DNA of 64,000 nucleotides from Eledone cirrhosa. Lineage: Eukaryota. Location of the stretch: positions 13,330,001 through 13,394,000 of the forward strand of contig OZ024755.1 of NCBI GenBank assembly GCA_964016885.1, in the 5' to 3' direction. Position numbers and translations under genes: made by a program. This document shows positions 12,265-25,940 of this stretch, piece after piece (the stretch's first letter is position 1; every line of letters starts with the position of its first letter). The notes beneath the pieces are model-generated. The model saw only the letters and a program-made list of their open reading frames with translations, ran no database searches and was not told where the DNA came from.

Positions 12265-13941
12265 GTAAATTTATTCATTTATTTTTTATTTTATTTTATA
12301 AACTTTTGTGACTCTCTCTCTCTACACACACACACATACAGAATAAAAACCAAGTAAGCTTTTTTTTTATATTCGATATCCAAACCACATATGTACATTT
12401 TTACTGTGCAGTATTTGAAACAACTTGTCAGCCCCTAAATATATATGTATTCATAAATCTTTGTTGTTCTCTCCAGCATTTTAAATATGATATATATATA
12501 ACTTCAAAATTTTATTAATGTCACTGTGTATCTATTTTAGAATAGGTGCACCACACCTTTGCATGTTGTAAAAAGTAACTAAAAGGTAGGTGTAGGGATG
12601 GGCATCTGGCTTTAAAACATTGCCTTAAAAAGTTCTGTCCAGCCCATGTCAACATAAAAATATTAATATAAAAATGTTGATGCTCTTTATCTGTATACAA
12701 GGTACATAACTCTGCTTGCCTTACCTGATCTACCAAATTTACAGCAGCTTTGCTTCCTATTTCATACAACCTGCTGGTAGAGCAATGGCTAACCATGAAG
12801 CTGTAGAACAACATTTTTCCAACACAAAGTAAATGTATCAATTTACAAGAAAATCATCTCTATAATATTTATCATCAACATCATTATCAACACCAACATT
12901 GTCATCATCTCATTGCTATCATGGTCATTACCATCAACGCCATTATCCCCCATCATCGTCCTCATCAACCCCATCCTCATTATCATCATTACACCATCAT
13001 CATCATCATATGTAAGGTGTTAGTGTTGGTGCCATGACAAAAAGCACAGTCAGGTGAGTAGTGCTGGTACCATGACAAAAAAGCACCCAGTTCACCCTGT
13101 AAGGTGGGTAGTGCTGGTGCTATGACAAAAAAAGCACTCATTCCATCCTGCAAGATGGGTAATGCTGGTGCTTTGAAAATGCACCCATTACATGCAATAA
13201 AGTGGTTGGAGTTAGAAAAGGCATCCAACCATAGAAAACCAAGCTAAAAATGAAATGTATGAGTAAAGATATGGCCACTTGACATATCTTGCCACAGGAT
13301 CTAACCCAAGCAAGCATGGAAAATAGACAAATTAATGGTTATGATGATGGTAGTGTCTCTCATTAGAAATATGGTAATGAAAGGTTTAAAGAGTTTATAT
13401 TTATCTAAAAACATTTCATCATAATTTTATGTAAACAGCTCAATAATGAGAATTTAGGATATTGATGATGGAACAGGATATGTGGAATGTCCATCATTAT
13501 GTTGGATGCAGGTGCAGGTTATACTTGATAGATGATGATGATGTTGGTAGTGGTGGTGGTGGGGTTTATTGTTCATGGAAAGTAGATGTTAAACAGTGGT
13601 GATGATGATGGTGGTGGGGTGGTGCTGTCTATTGTTCATGGAAAATAGATGTTAAACAGTGATGATGATGTTGGGTTTAATGTTCATGGAAAGTAGATAT
13701 TAAACTGGTGGTGATGGTAGTGGTGGGGTGGTGCAGTTTATTGTTCATGGAAAATAGATGTTAAACAGCAATGATGATGATGATGATGGGGTGGTGGTGG
13801 AGTGGCGAAGGCTTTATTGTTCATGGAAAATAGATGTTAAACAGTGATGATAATGATGGTGGGTTTAATGTTCATGGAAAATAGACATTGCAAAACAAAC
13901 CAACAAATCACACTACCTTTACTTCAAAGTTGAATGATTAA

Positions 13942-14161
13942 CCTTTTAACATTTACACTACTGTATATATACTATTGTATTTTTGTGGGAAAAGCTTTAT
14001 ATCACATAATATCTTACATAATATTGAATCTATGAGATTTTGATATTATTTATTTTGAGAACAATATTTTAACATCAGTATGAGCGGCCGGTTACAGCCG
14101 GTTTGAACAGAAAGAGGTGAGAGAATTCTGGCCGGATACGGCAGGTTTACATGTTAAAGGG
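13942..14161 (+). mobile_element. piggyBac-like MITE copy 2
   Basis: TTAA TSD on both sides; cctttt..aaaggg TIR. Confidence 0.75.
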
Positions 14162-14985
14162 TTAATGGTGGGAAGATTATTCAATTTTCTGGCATATTAC
14201 TCCAGCCACATGCATAAGTCTACATTTATGAAAACCTATCCCATTTATAAAAATCAATAGGCAGAAAACAATGTAAATGAAGACAAATAAAATATTCATG
14301 TAAAGATCATTTAGTTGTATTGGGACAACACCATGCATTGTATTGATATACAATGTAAGTTTATATCTGTTTATTAGCTGCAGCTTATATTGGCACATGG
14401 CTAATTTTACTATTATTGTGATCTATGTTTGACAAATAAACTCTTTAATCTCCCTAACATTAATTTTGAGTCTATCATATACCTTGTTGTGTAATGCAAG
14501 CACAGAAAGCATCTTACATTCTGTGTAACATGTTGGAAATGTTAAAATAAATATTGGATAACTTGGCTAATGCTGATATCAGATACAGTCATATCTATCT
14601 ATCTATCTGTTTGTTTGTTTGTCTGTTTGCCTATGTGCCTGTCAGTCTGTATGTCTGCCTGTCAATTTCTCTGTCTATTTGTCTGTCTGTCTCTCTTTGC
14701 TTGTCGTTTGTCTGTCATCTATCTATTTGTCTCTCTCTCTGTCTATCTGCCTACCTATCTGTGTATCTATCAATCTATCTCTTCAACTACATATATATTA
14801 TACATACACCAACTATGTATTAATATTAACCTATCCTCGACTACAGTTACATACATTTTCTAATTAAATCATAAGTGTAATATTAACATATATTTAACTA
14901 TCTTTCGTAGGTAAATCTTTTGTATATTAATACTAACCTATATTTAACTATATATATTTTGTAGGTATTATCTACAATATATTAA

Positions 14986-15216
14986 CCCTTTCATGATTGT
15001 ATTTCTAATGAAATACACTCTATTTCAATTAATTAGTGAAGAATGTTTAGGGATTTATTAAAATTATTAATTTTTTCATTAGTAAGATAGTAACTTAATG
15101 TAAGGTTTTTATATAAAATTATGCTGGAAGATTTTAATTTAAATTGAAAACATTTAAAAGGGGTAACTTATTTTATAGAACCAGAGCCAAATTTGGCCAG
15201 ATTGGTAACTAAAGGG
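14986..15216. mobile_element. second TTAA-flanked MITE family
   Basis: TTAA|cccttt ... aaaggg|TTAA; internal motifs recur near 6630-7290, 13360-13450 and 56990-57190. Confidence 0.6.
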
Positions 15217-15286
15217 TTAATATTAACCTATGTTTTACAACATATATTTTATAAATATATCTCTACAGGGAATTAGCTCCTTTTAA

Positions 15287-15507
15287 CCCTTTAGCATTTA
15301 AACTGGCCATATCTGGCCAGAATTCTCTCACCTCTTTCTGTTCAAACCAGCTGTAACCGGCTGCTCATACTTATGTTAAGGTATTGTTCTCAAAATAAAT
15401 AATACCAAAATCTCATAGATTCGATATTATGTGGGATAATTATGTTAGATAAAGACATTACCATGAAAATACAATAGTAACTATAGAGTAATGTAAATGC
15501 TAAGGGG
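15287..15507 (-). mobile_element. piggyBac-like MITE copy 3 (inverted)
   Basis: TTAA TSDs; reverse complement of copies 1 and 2. Confidence 0.75.
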
Positions 15508-16599
15508 TTAAAGGGTTCCTATCTAAATTAAAACCTTCCAGCATAATTTGATATAGGAACATTTTGTTATGTTACAGATAATATCTTAATGAAATAATGG
15601 TTTCTGATTTAGGCACAAGGCCAACAATTTTTGGGAAGGGGAAAGTCAATTAAATCAATCCCAGTGTGTTACTGGTACTTTATTTATCAACCCCTGTAAG
15701 GATGAAAGGCAAAGCTAACCTCAGCAGGATTAATAATGAAATAATAAACAATTTTAGTGAACCCTAAAATTTTCCATTAATTAGAAATATGGTAATAAAA
15801 GGTTGAATACTAACCTCTCTTTTACTACAACTACATACAGGCCCTTCAGTCTTTCATTCATATCTTTAATATTCCACCTTTCCTCATACTCCATTTTTCA
15901 GCATCAGCACTGTCATTTTACAGAGTGTACTGGGAGCACTTTATCATGGTAACAGCAGTACTACTTTACAAAGTGTACTGGGTGCACTTTATTGCAGCAC
16001 CAGCAGTACCACTTTACAAAGTGTACTGGGTCCACTTCATTTATATATTGTACTGGTTAATGAAAATCTAAGCCAAGCAGCTGTCCATATCTCACTTCCA
16101 GATATAATCGTAAACTATTGTCCAGATGTTGTTAATGTCCTTGAGAAAGAACCAAAGAGATATGTACTCTATAGTTTCTATTTTTCACTGTAAAAATCTG
16201 ACATCACACATGTATAGGTGAAAATCAATACCATCATAAACATACAACATAAAACTTTTCACCACCGTTTAATGTCTATCTTCCACGCTAGCATGGGTTT
16301 AGATATGTATATATACTCTCCTTAGTATGCTTGCTTTCATATTTCTCCTTGCTTCCCTTTTCTCATTGTATTTGTATATAAACAAGTACATAGATATAAG
16401 GAGAAAGGGAGACCAAGGGGAAAAGGAGAGCAAAGAGAGTAATGAGAAAAGGAGAGCAAAGAGAGTAATGGGAAAAGGAGAGTAATGGGAAAAGGAGAGC
16501 AATGAGAAAAGGAGAGCAATGAGAAAAGGAGAGCAATGAGAAAGGGAGAGCAATGGGAAAAAGGAGAGCAAGGAGAAAAGGAGAGGTTAAGGCAAATAT

Positions 16600-17472
16600 T
16601 GCTCAAGTTATGCTGGAAGCAGACAAAGGTGAAGAAGAGGAAGAAGAAAAAATCAACTGAAGAGGTACATCCGCACCAAAATGACTTTTCTTCCTTTACA
16701 AGCATCGAGTTTTTCGTCTTTTGTAACTCCTGGTACACAAAGTTTCTTCATGAGATTTTCAATCAGCATCGATTTTCTCGACAAAGACCCTTCAATATGG
16801 AAGGAGGATCCTGGTTACAGAAGTGGACTTGAAAAACTTGAGAAGACAGTTGTAAATGATGTTGCAGGAAGAAGTGTCAAACTCATTCAGGATTACAATA
16901 ACATTCTCACAAAAGATGAAACTGAGAAACAATTTGTTTTACAGATTGTTACCAAAAACCACAAAACATACCCAACTGCCACTAAATCCTCTCTTATACA
17001 AAAATAATGTTCAATATTCAGTGTTCAGTGTTCACATTATGTTTTTGATTCTATAGAAATTATCGTTGTAAATAAAAATGCGTTTCTCTTATAGAAGTTG
17101 TGTGCTTTATTAAGAAAACCTAATATGTCTTAAGTTTTTCATGTTATTTCAGGAATTTTTCAAATTAATTATTGGTAAATTTGATTCAGAACGTTTTTAA
17201 ACATTTGTTGGGATTGCCTGGATGAGTCCACATAAATTTCTCTAAGAAGAAAAAAAGAAAATGGTCGAGATAGGGAACAGTATACTGCTTTTAAACAGAA
17301 TTAATCGTTGCGTATACTATGTTCCAACTTCAAGGCATTTGAGGGTTGCCTAACAGTTGTCCAATTGAGCTGAAATTTTGCATACCCCTTGTTTTTGTTG
17401 ATTGGAACAGGATTAGGGGTGGGAGCAGCAAAATTTTAACTTTTGGAATGTTACCTATTGCTAAAGGCCACC

Positions 17473-17473
<1 letters not shown>
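16600..17473 (+). mobile_element. DNA transposon remnant: transposase C-terminus plus right end (possibly Sola2-like)
   Basis: ORF 16681-17007 FLDKDPSIW...VVNDVAGRSVKLIQDYNNILTKDETEKQFVLQIV resembles the VVNDxAERGVKL transposase C-terminus; ends ggccaccc|taat with subterminal ccaattgagctgaaattttgca; left boundary and superfamily uncertain. Confidence 0.6.
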
Positions 17474-17507
<34 letters not shown>

Positions 17508-18398
17508 TCATCATCATTTTCTATGCTTGCATGTTCACATGACCACATGTTGCTCATGTAGGTCTGTATTTTGGCTTGGCTTCTATGGCTGAAGAGTCTT
17601 TCAATTGCCAAAATTGTAGCCCCCAGTCTCTTATACATTTACTTTAGTGTCGGAGTGCTTGTATAGGTAGATGAGTCTTTTGTATATTGCCAGTCAGCTC
17701 AGTCCTGTGTCATCTCTTTTTTGAGGTTCTTCTTCACAACTTTGTCCCATGTCTCCATATATTAAAAAAAATGACGACTCAGGATTCTGATAATTGGTGA
17801 CTTGCTGCAATAGAAAAAACTCAATCACCAGTTTTAGCATGGCAACACTAAATGTGAATTCAGTGATGGATCAAAGACTACATAGCACAAAGAGGGCTCC
17901 TTTTTAGCCTGTTGTGGATAGGGCTTGCTGATGAGCAAAGCATATCAACCCATCTAATGCTGGTACCATGATAAAACACACCAAGTATACTTTGTAATGT
18001 GGTAGTGCTGATGAGACAAGATGGTTCCATATTTCTAGATGATTTTTATTGCTAGATGTCCTTCTCAATGTTAACCACCTTACAGAGTGTATTGGGTGCA
18101 TTTTATCAGTACAATCACTAGAGAAGTTATGTACTTTAGCATGAGACCAGGACTAGTGACATTAAGTCTTCAGCATGACCAAAGACTCCTTCTTTGTCCT
18201 CATATTGTCTCAGTTTATCTGTGAAAAGACAATGTGTACTGGGTGTACTTTAGCATGAGACCAGCATTAATGACATTGTCAAGTCTTCAACAAGACCAAA
18301 GGGCCCTTCTTTGCCCTCGTATTGTCTCAGTTTATTTTTGAAAAGACAGGTAAAAAACAGCTAAAATCAAACAAGTTGTTTTTATTTCTTTGTTTCAG

Positions 18399-18519
18399 TT
18401 TTCTAGTCCATTGTTTGAGAACAATTTCAATTGTGAGAGTTCCTACCCATTACCTGCTGTTTCAGACAATCTTCCCATTGGCACCATTGATGGTATCTTT
18501 AATATGTTTATTTATATTG
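18399..18519 (+). CDS. SNX14: SNX14 coding exon (FSSPLFENNFNC...TIDGIFNMFIYI)
   Basis: tttcAG / GTaagt; 121 nt, phase 0 to 1; matches recalled LFKNNAN...VEGVYDYLMYV. Confidence 0.9.
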
Positions 18520-18816
18520 GTAAGTAGTTCTTTTTATTATTATTATTTTATGACCATTTATGTTCTGAGTTGAAATCCTGCCAAGGTTAACTTTACCTTT
18601 CATCCTCATGGGATCAGTAAAATAAAGCACCAGTAATGCACTGGGGTCGATTTAATCGACTTTTCCTCTGCCTTCAAATTGCTGGCCTTGTGCCTAAAGT
18701 AGAAATAATTATTTTTCTTTCATTGATTCTTAGTTCTTCTTCTTCTCCTTCCTCTTCTTCTTCACCAACATGCTCATTCTCATCTCTTAATCTCTCTCTT
18801 TCTCTCTATATTTCAG

Positions 18817-18981
18817 CACGCTTTGTGTACCATATCCCCGAATGGTTACACCATACTCTAATAATGTCCCGAATGCTCTTCAAACGTACCATTGAGAGCT
18901 ACGTACAGTATTATATCCAACAGAAATATTTCCAGATATGTCAGGAACACCGACTCGTTTATTATATCAATGTTGTTAAAA
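18817..18981 (+). CDS. SNX14: SNX14 coding exon (ARFVYHIPEWLHHTLIMSRMLFKRTIESY...QEHRLVYYINVVK), start of PXC domain
   Basis: tttcAG / GTaggt; matches recalled [27 protein letters not shown]...QEHRLV. Confidence 0.95.
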
Positions 18982-20798
18982 GTAGGTACATAATATTGAT
19001 TACAGTTTTACATATAGAAATTGGCAAATTATTCGTTCATATACTATTTAATTATATACACCATTGTATTAATCAATTTTGCGAAATATAGTAGCCATAC
19101 TTTTTATTGTTGCTTTTTTGTCTCTTTTCATATTTTATTTTATTTTTTATTTGTATTATTATTTTTTTTTCTTTATTTATTCATTTTTGTTGCTTTTATT
19201 TTGAGCACATCAACATCTTCTTCAGTTCTGTTCTGCAGGAAATCAATAATAATGGATATATTTAATAACAAGTTTAAGTCTTATCTCTCTAATGAATGTT
19301 GTAAATAAGAAAATAGACTTCTCATTATGCGCGTGTGTGTGTGTGTGTGTGGGTGTGTGATAAAGATAAAGCTTTGTATTGCTTTTTTCTAGGTGTAGTA
19401 GATATATAGGAATTGTAATAGTTGAATGACTAAGGTGTTGTTAGCCTCTAGGCTGAGAAGAACATTATTAGTTAGTTGTGTGCCATTTTACTGGCACTCT
19501 GTTGTATCTTGTTATGTACAATATCATTAATTTACATCTACCTACTCATTCATATACTGCTCCCCACCACCACCTGTTCACTTCAGAGCCAGTATGTAAA
19601 GGGTGAGAGTTATTGCTCTATATTAGAGCACACTCCTTTTATTGTGAATTAGTATGAAGTTCTCTGGTCTGTAAGTGACTTAATCTTTTCCTTACCATAT
19701 TTCTAATGAATATACACACACACACACACACACATATATATATGCAATATTTATAAGTGCATGGTATTCCTGTGTGTCATAAAAGGCAACTAAAAGGGTT
19801 GGTAGCAGCAAATGCATCTGGCTGTTCTTCAAAGAGAACTCGATAATGAGTATAAAACCTGTCCTGGGTCCTGCAAGCTTTGTTTCATCAGAGAAAACAG
19901 CATTAAAACATTTGTATTATGTAATATATTTATATATGTTCATTATCATCTCCTGCTAGCAAGGGTTGGACATGTCATCACAGATCAGTCAATACTCAAG
20001 CAAAGCCACTGACCTCATAGTGTGCCAGGGGAAGGTGGTGGTGGCCCACATCCTGCTTATGTGTGTTCCTATACTCTAATGATTACTCTGATGGGCCAGA
20101 GGTCTGACATATGATTCCATGCTTTACCAAGTGCATTTTATCATGACATTAGGAAAATTGTCATGCCATATGATATATTGGTAAATTTATAGCACACCCA
20201 CCTCGATTTCAAGTTTTTCCTCATTTTCTTTTGTCTGCTATCAATTAATCTAACCTCCAAGATGCTTGCAGCCCCCTGTTTTCCTGGAAAATGTTTTTTC
20301 CAACTGAAATCGAAGGGGAGTATTTTTCTATAATAATACTGATATATTTATATGTTATATAATATATTTATATGTGGATAGGTTGAGGGAGTATGGGAGA
20401 GGGTGGAGTATGAGCTATTACATAATGGGGTCATAGTTGCTGCAGATAATAATAGTTTTAGCTTTATTATACAGAAACTATGTAATATGACAGCTGCAGC
20501 TTGATAACGACTGTCTTCCCATTAGATGGATATTACGGTCTGCTTGCAAATATCGAGTTTGGGAGAATGGGTGGTTCGCATTTGATTTGTTGAATTTGGA
20601 GGGTGAGTATGGTTTGGTTTGGCAGGAGTCATGGGTACAGGTTGGTGTTCGGTTTAGTGTATTTGTTGAGGGTTAGTTGACTGATTAGAGCAATAATGGT
20701 CTTATTTACATATATATGTTTCTATTTGTCTAACTCTTGCTAGCAGGGAAAATAAACTTTAAATGATGTTGATGATGTATATGTTTCCTCTACTGCAG

Positions 20799-20829
20799 AT
20801 CTTCTGTTTTTTGACACTGATCCCCCAAG
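20799..20829 (+). CDS. SNX14: SNX14 31-nt coding exon (NLLFFDTDPPR)
   Basis: ctgcAG / GTaagc; phase 1 to 2; matches recalled DAIFCENTEPR. Confidence 0.85.
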
Positions 20830-21869
20830 GTAAGCTCCATTGAAATATAAAGTTTTCTTTACATGTTTTAGTAAAACAATTTCATACTTTTTTTAAATGC
20901 ACCTTTTTTTATATTTTAAATTTATACACACTAGTGAAATAAAATTTCTTTTTTTCTTATCATTTAACCCTTGAGATATAAACTGTTGACTGGATTTTGA
21001 CAAAGTTTGATCTCAGTAGTCAGAAGACTCAAACTAGGTACCACAAAGGTATTATTCTCATTAGATATATATATCTTTATTATATATAGAAATTACTTCT
21101 ACAGGACTACAACTGTTTCATTCATAAGAAATCATCAAGAATATATGCTCAAATTATGGGCAATGAAATCTCAGAAAAAAATAACTCTCACGTATACTAT
21201 GCACTGACTTTTCTTTAGTATTATATGGAAAACAAATGTCTTGTCATTTATTATAATTAGTTTATAAAATGCATTGAAAAAGTTTACACATCCTAAACAA
21301 AACAAAACACAAATTCAAAAGCAGCTCTGAACTTTACTAGCCTAGGCCCATAAAACTGCACCTGCTGTAAATTCAACATTACGGAAATCACATAATTATG
21401 TATTTTTCTAGAAAATCGATTTGATTTTGATAATGATGGTGTACTCGAATAGGTTTATAGTCAATTTTACTATTCAGTTTGTTTCGTGATGCACATATTG
21501 TTGTGTTGCCTCCGGAAAACAAAGTGTTTATCATTTAAGCATAAATTGTTATAAAAATCCTATAACTTATTATTATTATTATACATTTAAAAAAAAAATG
21601 GTTTTTGGATATTTATTTTGCACTTCAGCTCTTCAGGATCTGCCAAAAAAAATGTTTTTAAAGTTAATAAAAAGAAACTATATTAATGAAAATTTATTCA
21701 GTATTTAAAATTTTCAGTAGTTTTCAGAGAGTGATTTTAAACCACTGCAATCAGTGATTCATATGTAATTCCATCGGCCATAGACCATGTTGACGCCATA
21801 CATATTTATAGCAAAAATTTCTATCTAGATTAAAACAAAAGAAAAGTGAAACATTTTTGTTTTTTTTAC

Positions 21870-22107
21870 AAAGCTGCCACAATGTAAAATAGTTGAATAA
21901 GTAGGGGTGAAGAAATCCCAGTGGAAGGAAGCTGCAGTAGATGTAGACCAAGAAAGTTCTGGGCAGAGGTGGTGAGAGCTGACCTCAAATTGTTGGGACT
22001 CACAGTGAAGGTGACGAAGGAAGGTAGTGAGTGGAGAGATGTTGTGTCGAGAAAAACCCGCTGAATCCATGCAAGCATGGTAAAACGAACGTAAAAACGA
22101 TGATGAT
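21870..22107 (+). mobile_element. decayed RTE LINE 3' end
   Basis: EIPVEGSCSRCRPRK..WAEVVRADLKLL plus RTE tail and (GAT)n; homologous to 54286-54615. Confidence 0.8.
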
Positions 22108-22474
22108 TGTAAAAAGGTGGATAGAGATACCTACAGAAATTGAACCTTGCATCTATTGTATACTGGAAGACTGAGGAGTAATTTAACCAACTTATTTGAC
22201 TATTTTATAGTTCAGATGTACTATAATGGCTTTTAAAAGAAAAGGCAAACAAATTTCCACATTCCATTTTTACCCAATAGCTTAGTAAATCTATCTGTAT
22301 AGTTAACAGAAAATGGCATTTCATTACTACCAATGTCAACGGCTGATAGGGGACTGCCTGTATTTGTTTTTGTTTTGCACACATAGAAGGCATGTGCGTG
22401 TGTACTCATTAAAACAACAAAAGGCCTGCTATGTATGTATGTATATATATGTATGTATATGTATACATATATAT

Positions 22475-23119
22475 ATGAATGAGACTAAAACAAAATATCT
22501 GGTAGAGAATGTTGAGAAGCCCGAGGGGATCACTAATGTAGGCAAAGATTGGGAGCAAAGATTAGGAGCAAAGATTGGGAATATGGAAGATGATGTGGTT
22601 GAGAGGAAGAGCAAGGCCTGGGCGGTATACCACAGCTTGAGATCGGTGTGGAAGTCGGACGTTCGTAAAGACCTGAAAATCCGCCTCTACATTGCTGTAG
22701 TGGAGTCTGTGCTGCTGTACGGGTCTGAGACTTGGACACTGACCAAGAAACTCACTCAGATGGTGGATGGGTGCTACACGAGAATGCCGAGGATGGCTCT
22801 GAACATTAATCAGTATACACTGAGGATGAAAAACTCAGAGCTGTATGGGAGCCTCCCAAAAGTCAGCTCAAAAGTGACACAGAGGAGACTGAGGTTAGCT
22901 GGACATGCTCACCAACATCCAGAGTTGACATTGCACTCAGTGCTCCTGTGGGATCCCCTACATGGACACACTGGAAGAGGAAGACCAAGGTTAACATATG
23001 TTGATGCCCTAAGGACAGACACTGGTCTGTTGGAGATGCAGGACATGGCAGCGATGATGAGGGACAGAGACCGCTGGAGAGAACTTGTCCATGGATCTTG
23101 GGAATTTTACCCGCCCTAG
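22475..23119 (+). mobile_element. 5'-truncated non-LTR retrotransposon, second RTE/RTEX-like family, ORF C-terminus
   Basis: AVVESVLLYGSETWTLT...RRLRLAGH...GRPRLTY...DRDRW; flanked by TA/TACA repeats. Confidence 0.88.
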
Positions 23120-23654
23120 AATACATATACATATACATGTATATATATTTCCGAGAATGTGTGTATATATATATATTTATTTCTTAGAATATGTGTGAGT
23201 ATATATATATAAATATATATATTTCCTAGAATGTGTGTGTGTATATATATATATATAAATATATATATTTCCTAGAATGTGTGTGTGTGTATATATATAT
23301 ACATATATATATGCACACACACACATATATATTTCTGAGAATGTAATAAATATTTACAAATTCATTTCAATGAACTTTATTAAAGATGCAATTAAAATAT
23401 CTATAGAATGGTTTCCTAAGTCCAGTCATCTGAATTGTTTTATTGATGCAACTGAAGTCAATGGCCGATAGAGAGCTGCCTCTGTTTGTTTTGTAGTTGT
23501 GAATGGCATGGATATGTAAATTCATGAAATTGTGTTAGAATAAAATAAAAATTTCTGAACTAATTATAATTAAAACTTTATTAAACATGCTTTTATAATT
23601 TCCAAACACTAGTGTCATGAATCTATCATTACTATTAGCTCACTGACATAATCT

Positions 23655-23872
23655 ATAAAGTCTTAAGTCTGCATCATAACCTAAAAAGTCTCAAGTCTGT
23701 ATCATAACCCTAAAAGTCTTAAGTCTGTATGATAACCTAAAAAGTCTCAAGTTTGTATCATAACCCTAAAAGTCTCAAGTCTGTATCATAACCCTAAAAG
23801 TCTCAAGTCTGTATCATAACCCTAAAAGTCTCAAGTCTGTATCATAACCCTAAAAGTCTCAAGTCTGTATCA
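23655..23872. repeat. 29-bp minisatellite, about 7.5 copies
   Basis: unit aaagtctcaagtctgtatcataaccctaa. Confidence 0.9.
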
Positions 23873-25867
23873 AGTTTGCAGGCTTCTCAGGCTGGTACAT
23901 ATCCCAGTTTCTGTGGTGTGGAGCAACTGAGATTATAAAACTCCTTTCCTGGACAGGATGCCAGTTCATCGCAGGGTTAAACCCCCACCTATTGCTACTG
24001 GTACTCATTTTCAGTAACGTGAAATGAAGTGTTTTGCTCAACAAATCAACATGCAGCCCAGTCCAGCAATCGAACCTTCGGCATTATGATCATAAGTCCA
24101 ACACCCTTACCACTAGGTCATGTATCTCCACTCATTATACTGTAGCAACATGAAATGAAGTGTTTTGCTCAAGAACACAACACACAAGCCAAGAATCGAA
24201 CTCACGACATTATGATCGTAAATCCAACACCCTTACCATTAGGCCATATGCCTCCACACTGACATAATGCTATCCGATTTCTGTTTATAAACATCATACA
24301 CCACCCAGCTGAATAATAGAACTTCTGAGTAATATTACATTCTGAGTAATATTACGGATGTTTAAAAAGTTATCTGAGAACCTTGCTATTAAAATGCATT
24401 GGCTGCCCAGTTACTTATGACTCTGTGTATAAATGTTTCTGCAATTTCTCATATATGTAGAAACAGTTTAGTATGTTTTGTTTTTGGCATTCCTTCAGGG
24501 TTTCTTTTTGTTACCACCAGGCACTCATTAATTATTCCAACACTTAAAACTCATTCGATGCCAATGTTTCCATGCCCTTTAGTATATTCATCATCATCAT
24601 CATCATCATTATTTTATGTTTGCTTTCCATGTTGTCATGTTGGAAAGGTTGTCAGGTCAAAGACCAGATGTGTGAAAGTGACCTCATCTAGCTCATAATT
24701 CTATATTTGGCATGGTTTCTACAGCTGGATGTCCTTCCTAATGCCAACCATCTTGCTGAGTCATCAGAAGAAGGGAGGTTGGTGTAAAAGCCAAACTTGC
24801 TATCTTCAATTCAGTATTTGTGCTGAGCCATACATATGGTCAGTAATCTTAGGTAATGACTGAAAGATTACAATCGTGAATAGAAGTTATAGGACATAAA
24901 TAAATACAGACACGTATGTATGTATGTATGTATGTATATATACATACATATATACACACACATGGTGGCTGCCAACTCGTTTTCGAGTACGGTCACTACT
25001 TTATATCCATGTAGGAGAACCCCTACCGATGCACTGAACGAGTGTGACTTTTTAGTCCAGCCAGCGACTTGAAAACTCTGGTACAAACACTACACTTGTG
25101 ACAATTATTGACACATAGTGTTTGGCCCATAGTACCATGTGACGACAAGTGCAGAGAGATCTCCAGATACAAAGCAATGCCTGTGCCGTGAAGCTTTTAT
25201 TGTGAGCAAAGGCACTGCACAAAGCCAGTCCCACTCTCTTAACCAAGTTGATATTTACCAAAAGGAAGAACATGTCAACACCATTGGATACCATCAGGGT
25301 TGCAGATGTTATATCAGAGTTTTCCTTCTCCTAGAATTCTGCCTTGACAAAGGCTAAGGGGTCATCTCTCCCGGTGATTTTAGATGGCCATTGACTCTTA
25401 AGAGCTCCTTTGCCCTTTGACATGACAGGTTTTGTTTTTAGTCCTGCAGGATGTCCAAAGTCACCCTCCTCACCAAGAAACCTTTGTGGGGTTGCCAGTT
25501 TAGTCGCCAACGATCCGACCATGGGACAGGTTATACTGGGATACATGTTAACCAGTAGCACCAACATATACACACATACTTGCGAGTTTCCATACAGTTT
25601 CCATCTAACAAATTTCACTGAGAAGGCATTGGAAGGTACCTGAAATCATGTGGTTGCCAAGTGAACATGTTAACCACACAGCCACATCTGCACCTATATA
25701 TATATATTTATTATTAGTACAGATTAGTAAAGTTAAGCAAAGAATTGCTGCTTTCACCTTATTCCGGGATCTTCTGAAACTGCTCTATGGGTTTTATATA
25801 TATATTATATACATATATAATCCTTATTGAGCCTTCTTCAGATTTGGCCTTCATAATTATTATTACT

Positions 25868-25940
<73 letters not shown>

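Noticed and set aside
19820-19900. Partial hammerhead-like boxes on both strands
   Set aside because: Core boxes are mutated or lack the partner GAAA/NUH.
20330-20710. Possible decayed Penelope GIY-YIG fragment on the minus strand (YQAAAV)
   Set aside because: Too short and frameshifted to support by eye; needs tBLASTx or an HMM search.
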